Source of the DNA: Camelus dromedarius
Lineage: Eukaryota
NCBI RefSeq assembly: GCF_036321535.1
Contig: NC_087455.1
Coordinates: 1,364,001-1,428,000, forward strand
Reading direction: 5' to 3'
Length of the DNA stretch: 64,000 bases
A model generated the notes under the pieces. It saw nothing but the letters and a program-made list of their open reading frames with translations, was not told the DNA's origin and did not search any database. Shown here one piece after another: positions 56,171 to 64,000 of this stretch (its first letter is position 1; every line of letters begins with the position of its first letter). The position numbers and the translations under genes are program-made.

Positions 56171-58157
56171 ATGCGGGGGACATGGCTGGCGCTGCTGGCG
56201 CTGGTGCTGGCTGCTGGAGGCGGTGAGCTCGCTGAGGGGTGCAGGCACCTGGTAGGGGACAGGGGGAGAAGGAGCGCAGGGAGGATGGGGGGAGGCGAGT
56301 GAGAAGGGAGAGAGGCGGTGGGGTGGGCCAGGGACAAGGGGCCCCAGGGCATTCAGGTCACCCACAGCCCAGGTGTGAGTGTGGAGGAGCACGGCAGGAA
56401 GGGCTGAGACTGGCCAGGTGGTTGGTGGCCAGGACCCTGGGTGCCGGCTGGGGAGCCGCCCTTCATCGAGGGCGTGGGCACCAGGAAGGGCCTTCTGCTG
56501 GGAAGGGCAGGCAGGGTCAGGATCCTGCTCCCTGGGTCCAGGGCTGAGGTGCTGAGGCCGGTCTCAGGAGGTGCCTCGGGGACACCAGGGAGGTGCCGAG
56601 GGCAGGGGGAGCAGGAGATGGGGAAGAAGGAAGCAAACCCAGACACATCGGGGGACTTAGGGTCTGAGAGAACACCTGGGGGAGGTGTCCCAGGCCCCTG
56701 GGGACCCACGCCCGATCAGAAAAGGGGCCGGGTGGAGCAGGCCCCAGCCAGACGGTTCTGCCCATTTCCTAGAGGGGGAAACTGAGGTCATCCCGAGAGA
56801 CAGGCAGCACTCAGCGGGGGCCGAGTGGCCGCGGCCTCGCTGTGCGCCAGGGGCTGCTCGGGCTGCCATGATGGGGCTGGGGCACCAGAGCTGGAGGAAA
56901 GAGGACCAGCCTGCTCCCCCTGCCCCTGCCAGCCTGCGCCCTGACCCGCCTGGGTCCCACCGGGTGTGGCTCTTCTCCCTCCCTTGTTACGCTGGCACCA
57001 TGTACCTCCCTTGCCTGATCCCTGATCCTCACGGCAGCCCTTTGAGTCCTCCACTTTGCTGACGCGGACCCCGAGGGGCTGGCCCGCCTCCCCACCCCTG
57101 CCAGGCCCCTCACCGCAGGGGCACCAGTGCCTCGGTCTCCCTGTGCACCCCCAGCACTTCCGAAGCTGCATCATCTCTCCCTTGGCCGTGGCGGGCACAC
57201 TCTGCCTCAGGGCGGGGGCCCCAGCTCACACGCAGCTCTTGAATCTTCCTGGAGTTCTGGCCGGTGGGCGACTGGACCCTGAGTGGCGTTGTCCCCCTCA
57301 ACCTGGGTCTCTGGGTCAGAGGGCTTGGGAGGGGCAGGGCCTGCCTGATCCACCCCTCATCTCTCCTTCCCCAGTGGGGGCCCTGCAGTGCTACACCTGC
57401 CACGAGCCCAGCAGCCTGTCCAGTTGTGTCACTGCCGTCACCTGCAACGCCAACGAAACCATGTGCAAGACCACACTCTACTCCCTGGAGATGGGTCAGT
57501 GGGGCTGGGGGGGGGGGTGCAGGGCTGGGGTCCCAGGGGCAGGGCTGCCTCGACCCAGTCGCTGCTGGCCAGCCCTGGCCCCCAGTGGGCAGCGAGCAGC
57601 CATCACCCTAGTCATTTCCAAAAAGGGCTTTGGGTCCAAGCAACCGGGACTCTCCCCCTCCCCCTTCTCTCCCTTCCCTCCCGTAACAGGGAAATCTTCA
57701 GTCTTGCTTGGGAGTCACTGGGAGGGAGGTGCCCCGTCCAGCAAGGCGTCCTGTGCAAGTCGCCGGGCACCCAGCGCACAGTAGGCGCTCAGCCTGCAGT
57801 GGTGGGAGGAGAGGGGGCTGGGTCACGGAGAGGCTGAGACCGGTGTGGCGGCCCCAGAGTGGGCGCTGTGCGAGGTGGCCGGGCTGGGGCTTGGAGGCCA
57901 TGGAGGACGTGGCCACAGGCCAGCCTGACACTGGTACCCCTGTGCCCCCAGTGTACCCCTTCCTGGGGGACTCCACAGTGACCAAGTCCTGTGCCAGCAA
58001 GTGCGTGCCCTCGGACGTGGACGGCATCGGCTTGACCCGGCCCGTGTCCTGCTGCAACACTGACCTGTGCAACATGGATGGGGCGCCTGTGCTGGGCAGC
58101 CCCTACGGCCTGGCCTTCACCCTCCTGCTCATCCCCCTCTGGAGCCTCGGCTTCTAG
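56171..58157 (+). CDS. LYPD2: LY6/PLAUR domain-containing 2, GPI-anchored, ~125 aa; exons 56171-56222, 57375-57494, 57952-58157
   Basis: [125 protein letters not shown]; matches human LYPD2 ([31 protein letters not shown]). The exon-1 donor position is inferred. Confidence 0.95.
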
Positions 58158-60589
58158 AGCCCCGCCCTCCAGCCTCGAGCAGCCACGCTCTGAGTGCCAC
58201 TGAAGAATATGGGCCCTCACCTGCACCAGGCCTCCTTGAATCTTTTTTCTGTGGGGAGCTGCCCGTTAGCGGGGGAGAGGGGAGCGCCCGCTTCATCTCC
58301 AGCTCCATCACTCAGTCGGCCTCTGCCCGGCCCCGCCACCCAGGCTCTCTCTGGAGCTCTCTCTCTCCTCGCCCACATTGCCACACCGTCTGTCCATCTG
58401 CCCTCCGTCTCCCCTTGGTGTGTAAGTGAGGAAGGTCACTAGTCCTGGGACACCCACACAAACCAGGCAGGGCTCTGCCCTCCTGCCTCCAGGTCCTGGG
58501 AGCTCTGGGGGCCTGCCTGGGGCAGGGCAGGAAGCGGGACCCCACGGGCAGGGGGAGCACCACGTCCGCCAGGACTGGGGCAGGGGTGCCTTCTCAGAGG
58601 AGGGGGCATTAAGGCCGACCTTGAATGACAGAGAGATTGGCTGGGTCGAAGAAGGCAGGCCAGGCCAGGTGAACAGCAGGTCCAATGGGGCCAAGAGTGA
58701 CCCTGGACCTGGGATTACTCCGTGAAGTGCTCGCTGCTCTCTGGCCTGGCCCCAGACAAGCCTGACCTGTGGTCGGGCCTGTGGTGACACAGCTTCTGTG
58801 TCATGCGGCAGAGGGTGCGGAGAAGGGGAGGCGGGCTCCTCTGGAGAGTCCACCTGGCCCCACCCTCACCAACCTCCACTCCCTGGTGCCCAGGGCCGCC
58901 AAGCTCCAATGCAGAAGGGACCTTCATTTCACCTTGGCCTTGGGCCAGCACCAAAGCCTCCAGACCACCTCCCAGAGGCCCACTGCCTGATGGGCCTCTT
59001 GAAGTGCCCCCGACCCCCACCCCGCCACACACGTGGTCCTACACACGCTCAGCACAGGCTCAGGCACCTGGGGAAGGACAGACTGAGGACAAGCAAGACA
59101 TGGGCCCCTAGCACCTGGGGCCCACCCTTTCCCCCTCCCCTCCCTGCTCTGAAAGCTTCTCCTAAGCTACTGGGCAAGGGGGCCCCCTGGGCTGGGAGGG
59201 GCGCGCGGCACCCAGCATCTCCTGCCAGGCTGAGGCGGGGCTGCAGAGCTGTCCTCTGGCACCACAGGGGTGCCGACAACCCTGCGTCTAGGGAGCCCCC
59301 TCCGTCAGCCCTCACCCCCTTCAGCCGTTCCCTGCTCCTGGATGGAGTCCGGCAGCAGCGGGACCTGGGGCAGATCAGTCCTGGGGCGAGGATCCGTGGT
59401 TGGGCACCAGTGGGGGCACCCCACACCTGTGGAAGAAGAGGCCGGTGGCTTAGAAGGTCCCCTGTTCCTTGGGCCCCAGGGACTCCACACCTCTGCTTCC
59501 TGTGGGCAAGATTTGCAGTCTGAACAGGCTCCCAGAGGCCAGGGCCCCCGCAGACCACCTGCCTGGAGAGCTTCTTGGCAGACCCCCAGTGCAGCAAGGG
59601 CCCAGGAACGTTCAAGCACGGTCTTGGATGCCATGTTTTGGGCTACGACTCGGAGTTTTGACTTTGTCAAGGGGGAGACACTGTCCTCAGGCCTGCTTTT
59701 CTCCTGTCTCCCATAAAAGTGGAGAGCGGGGGTCACTTGGCCTTAGAGCCTGGATTGAGACTCAGGAAACACACAGACCACCCTACCAACGTGGGAAGGC
59801 TGTGTTCCCCTCCTGGATACCCACCCCCCCCGAGCACCCTCCCTGCTGTCCTCCACCTCTGAGGTCTTCCGGCTCCTTCAAAGCCAGGGCAAGGGCCCTT
59901 TCCAGGTGGTCTCCCCCTGTGGTACTCTGTGTCTCCTGTCCTGGAGCCCAGCCCAGCCTGCTTTGTGTGTGGCACACCCACCCCGCCGCTGCTCTGTGTC
60001 CACCTCCACTGTGACCTTCACTCGCTAGCTGATGGTCCTCGGCCTGGTTTACACACAAAAGAAGGGGGTCAGGATGGCTCATGAGCAGACCTGGCCACAC
60101 AGGAGATCGGGGAGCCAGGAGCCACTCCGTCTATCAGGCTCCAGGCCAGACGCTCCCTGGCTCCTCTCGCAACACCCTGGGTGCGTTTGTGGACTCAGCC
60201 CGGGGGAGGGGCAGTGCTGTCTGTGCCCACGCCTGCCGGGTGTTGCCCGATTGTTTGATTTGCAGTAACCACAGTCTCTCCCTTTGCAAACAACGCCCTC
60301 CCTTTGTTCCCTTCCATCCACCTCTCAGGCCACGAGGCCAGGTCACTTCTGTCCTTGCAACTGCCCTGGGGCCCTTGTCCTGTCATACAAACAGAAATCC
60401 AGTCTGGAGGAATGAGAGAGCCACCCCAAGGCCATGCACGGAGACAGCAGAAAAGGCGAGACAAAAGCCTAGGCCTCCTGGTGCCAGCTGGAGCTCCTCC
60501 CAGTATGTCACCCTGTCTTGAGATTGGGCCGTGACTCCCTACCCAACAGCAGGGCCCAGCCACCCACCCTCCAGACAGCATATACCCCT

Positions 60590-60785
60590 CCACCTACCAC
60601 CTACTCCTACCTTCCCAACCAGCCAGCCCTCCATTCATACATTGTCCATCCGTTCATTCCTCTCTCCACCCACCCACTCTCTCAAACATCCATCCACTCA
60701 ACAGTCTTTTCAACCACTCATCCATCCGCCCATGTATCCTTTCATCCATCCATCCATCCACCCATCCACACAACCACTCACTGAG
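60590..60785 (+). repeat. Degenerate (CCAT)n microsatellite
   Basis: catccatccactc...ttcatccatccatccatccacccatccac. Confidence 0.85.
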
Positions 60786-61450
60786 CCCTCAGAGGACAGA
60801 GAAACCAGAGAGGCTGGGATACCAGAAAGCACTCTGGATGACTGGGCCCTACGGACAGGAAACGAGAGATCCCACCAAGAGGAGGAGCACAGCAAGGCCG
60901 TGGGCCTGGGGAAGTGCAGTGGGAGGGCCGGGCAGGCCAGGAGGTGGGTGGTGGGGTGGGTAGAGCCCTGTTGTCTGGGGCCCAGAATCAGGAAACTCAG
61001 GCTTGGGCTAAAGCCATTTATGGGGAAGGGGCTGGCAGTGAGGAGGGGGCCAGTCCAGGGCCCCACACTCATCAGCCTGAAAAGAGTGTGGTGGGCCCAC
61101 ACCACCCTCACACTCCCCCAGGCACTCACCTCCACACCTGGCATGACACCCCACCTCTGGGCCTCTGCTCTGGAGGGTCCCTGGGTCAGGTCTACACCAG
61201 GAGGGGTTGTCTGGGTGTGGAGATTGGCCTTGGCCTCGTTAGGTTTCAAATAGACGTTGAGTCCAGGCCAGGGCCCGCCAGAGGGGCCTGCACTTCCCGT
61301 GTGGCCCCCCTGCGCCGCAGACAGGCTGCAGGGAGGGGTGCCGGGCGGGCTCCAGCACCAAGGGGTCCTGTTCCCCAAGGCGTAGGAGTGCTGTGGCCAC
61401 CCACACAGCCTCCCGCCAGTGCCTCCCACTTCTGTCCTGTGCCATCCGAC

Positions 61451-61508
61451 TGACTCACATGCCACTCCCACCACCACCCAGAGTAGGAGCCTGAGCGCGG
61501 GGTATAAA
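61451..61508 (+). promoter_or_regulatory. SLURP1 proximal promoter: AP-1 site, CACCC box, TATA
   Basis: TGACTCA at 61451-61457, ccaccaccc (KLF-type) at ~61470, TATAAA at 61503-61508, 55 nt before the ATG. Confidence 0.7.
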
Positions 61509-61557
61509 TCCCCATGGGAGGCCGGCAGAGGCCTCTCTCGCCTCCTGAGCACGAAGA

Positions 61558-62657
61558 ATGGCCTCTCCCAGGGCCCTGCCACCGCTGCTGCTGCTCGCTG
61601 CGCTCTTGGGTGCACACTCTGGTGAGTGCGGCAGGGGTGGCTGTGGAGGGGTCCTCGCCTGGCCCACCTCCTCAGTGGTGAGGGGGCGTCCGAGGGCTTT
61701 GAGTGGAAGCCCTCCTTAGGCCCACTGGGCTCACCTCCCTCACCCTAAAAGAGCCTCCTGGTCCTGAGCCTGGCTTCACCGGGGTGAAGGGGGCAGGGGT
61801 CACAGCCCGTTCTCCAGGCAGGAAAACTGAGGCTCGGGTAGAGAGATGCAGTGTTCAGGTCCACCGCCCCCAGCCCCAGGCTTGAAGGGTCTCAGCGAGG
61901 CGAGCCCTGTCTCCCGGGGAGGGACAGGGGACGCCCTCCAAGCAGACCTGTGGGGATGCCCCAGGGGAGGGCCACCCCCATCTCTTCTCCAGCCTCCTTC
62001 CTGCCTCCAGGACGGGTCTCAAAGTCAGGTGATGAGGGTCTGCCCCTACCCTTCACCCAGGTGAGGCCTTCAGGTGCTTCACGTGCAAGCAGCCCACGCC
62101 CATTTCTTTGTGCAAGAACATCACTCGCTGCAAGCCGGAGCACACGGCCTGCAAGACCACACTGGTGGCGGTGGAGTCAGGTGAGGCTGGGGGGTGTTGG
62201 GGGCGGGGGTCCAGCAGGCTGGCTCTGAAGGGCTGCCCAAGGGCTGCATCGGCCTCGGCTCTGGGCTTCCGTCCCAGGGCCACACCGCGGACCCCGGCAG
62301 GGCACTGGTGGGGCACGGAGGACTCCCCAGGCCTGCTGTTAGTTCAGCGGTCTCAAGGTGGCGTGGGAGGCGGTGGGAAGGTCAAGGTGAGGTGCATGGA
62401 GGCGGGGATGGCGCTGGGCAGTTGGGGGCTGGCTCTGACCCCTGCCCGCCCTGGCAGAGTTCCCCTTCGGCCAGAGCCCTGTGGTGACCCGCTCCTGCTC
62501 CAGCTCCTGCACGGCCACTGACCCGGACAGCTTTGGGGTCAGACACCCCGTCTTCTGCTGCTTCCGTGATCTCTGCAATTCTGTGGGGGCCGCCAGGCTC
62601 AGTGCCGGGGCCCTGGCCACTCTGGGGGCCACACTCCTCAGCCACCTCCTTCCCTGA
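61558..62657 (+). CDS. SLURP1: SLURP1 orthologue with C-terminal GPI-signal-like extension, 127 aa; exons 61558-61621, 62061-62180, 62458-62657
   Basis: MASPRALPPLLLLAALLGAHSGEAFRCFTCKQPTPISLCKNITRCKPEHTACKTTLVAVESEFPFGQSPVVTRSCSSSCTATDPDSFGVRHPVFCCFRDLCNSVGAARLSAGALATLGATLLSHLLP*; core matches human SLURP1 (RCKPE.TAC, QSPVVTRSCSSSC.ATDPDS, FCCFRDLCNS). Confidence 0.96.
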
Positions 62658-64000
62658 AGAGCCTGGCTCTGCCAGTGGCCACCACTGCTGGCACGCCTCC
62701 ATGGCCCAAGCTCCCTGGGCCTCAGGTTACCCGTGGGACCCTAGGGGAGCTTCCCAGGTGGGCCTGGGTCTTCCCAAGTACGTGGGAGGGGGTGTGGAGT
62801 GCTGCACCCACCAATCTCCATGGGCCTTAGTCTCCTCCTCTGACAATGGGCCTGTTACACCCTCGGCCCTGGGGACAGCTGAGATTCCACGAGATTGTGT
62901 GCACGGAATACTAAGGCCGCCCAGCTCCCCCAAGGCCCCCCGGGCTGCTGAGAGGTTCCCAGGGGCCAGCCTGCCAGCCGGAGGAGCAGCAAGTGTCCTC
63001 GGGGGCTGAGCACCCCCCAGGGCCCAGGGCCCTTGGGCCCCAGGAGAGCCCGCCTCAAGCTCCTGCTTCCCCCTCACATGGCTCCCAGCTGTCCCCGGGT
63101 GTGACCTGCTCCAGCCCCACTGTAGGCAGGCGGAGGCAGGAGCCTGAGTGACCCCAGGGGCGTTGATGCCCCTCTCCAGGCACAAGTTCCCACTGGGCCT
63201 TCTGGGCCGGGCACTTTCCAGATTCTATGTATGGCCAAACTTCCAGACAGCCCCACTGGACCCTGCATTTGGAGGCAAGAAGCCAGAGCTACGGCCTCCC
63301 CTCGGGGTCTGAGCAAGCCCAAGTCACTCCACCTCAGCTTCACCAGCAGAGCCACAGGGAGGGTGCCTTCGGGTCTCCGAGGCGGGAAGGGCAGATGGGA
63401 GAGGCTTGGCAGCTGCCCATCCCCCAGGAAGGCTGGTGGGCGGCCGGGGGCACCTGCAAGGCCTCCGCTCTGCTCAAGCGTGGCCAGCAGAGGGCGTGCG
63501 CCCCTCAGGCTCCTCCCAGGGGCAGCCAGGTCAGGGTCTCATACCCCAGACACCCAGAGATCGGCCACCAGGTCCTCTCCATCCCATCCTCTGCCCTGGC
63601 TCTCCCTGCCACCTGCCCAGGACTGAGACACGCCCCCATGGTATGTCCTCCAAACATAGACTGAGAGCCTCCTGTCCTCCTGTCCCCCTGCCCCCTCGGC
63701 TGGGGTGCATCTCCCTGAAGTGGACAGAGAAGTCCCCATGCCCCGGGGCACAGCCACACTCAGCCCAGACGCCCTTGAACATCTTGAACCACACTGATCG
63801 CCCCCCACACACATGGTGCCAAGCAGGGCAGACTACGCCCAGGCACCCCAAGCAGGGCTCCCCAGCCCCTGCCCTGCTCCAGGGTCCCAGCCAGCCACTC
63901 AGAACCACTGGCTGGACCTGCCTGGGCCTAGACCACCTGGGGGCACCATTTCCTGTCTGCAGTCCCATTTGTAACTTGTCCCGGCTGACAACGGTCAACT

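Noticed and set aside
61505-61560. Upstream ATG extending SLURP1
   Set aside because: Only about 10 nt after the TATA box, so upstream of the expected TSS, and not in frame with the signal peptide.
1160-63998. Hundreds of 60-300 aa ORFs in the six-frame track
   Set aside because: Pro/Gly/Ala/Arg-rich, stop-poor by GC content, many with non-ATG starts and overlapping on both strands, with no recognisable domains. Only fragments coinciding with Ly6 exons or L1 are meaningful.
1-64000. GML, PSCA or THEM6 coding exons
   Set aside because: No matching exons found on either strand. From recalled synteny, GML should lie left of the window and THEM6/PSCA right of it.

Overview
Mammalian, very GC-rich genomic DNA containing the core Ly6/uPAR (three-finger, LU-domain) gene cluster syntenic with human 8q24.3 / mouse chr15. 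A tRNA-Ala-derived SINE of the camelid type at ~9.94-10.09 kb suggests alpaca/camel. By manual splicing (all coding introns phase 1, GT-AG) six apparently intact three-coding-exon genes lie on the + strand: LY6K, LY6D, LYNX1, SLURP2, LYPD2 and SLURP1. Between LY6K and LY6D is a seventh, decaying Ly6 gene (probable orthologue of mouse Ly6g6g/D730001G18Rik). It has ATG>ATT, Cys1>Gly, a shortened exon 2 and a GT>CT donor, but an intact TATA box and an intact exon 3. The most notable observations: SLURP1 carries a GPI-anchor-like C-terminal tail instead of the secreted ending; the human-equivalent splice sites of SLURP2 (acceptor) and LYPD2 (donor) are destroyed but rescued by in-frame neighbours; CpG islands are built from or embedded in L1 remnants; and an LTR with a strong splice donor lies upstream of LY6K. 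The rest is L1, LTR, MIR and simple repeats, plus three N gaps. Almost all ORFs in the supplied track are GC-rich noise. Orthology calls and human/mouse comparisons rest on recalled sequences and need confirmation by alignment.
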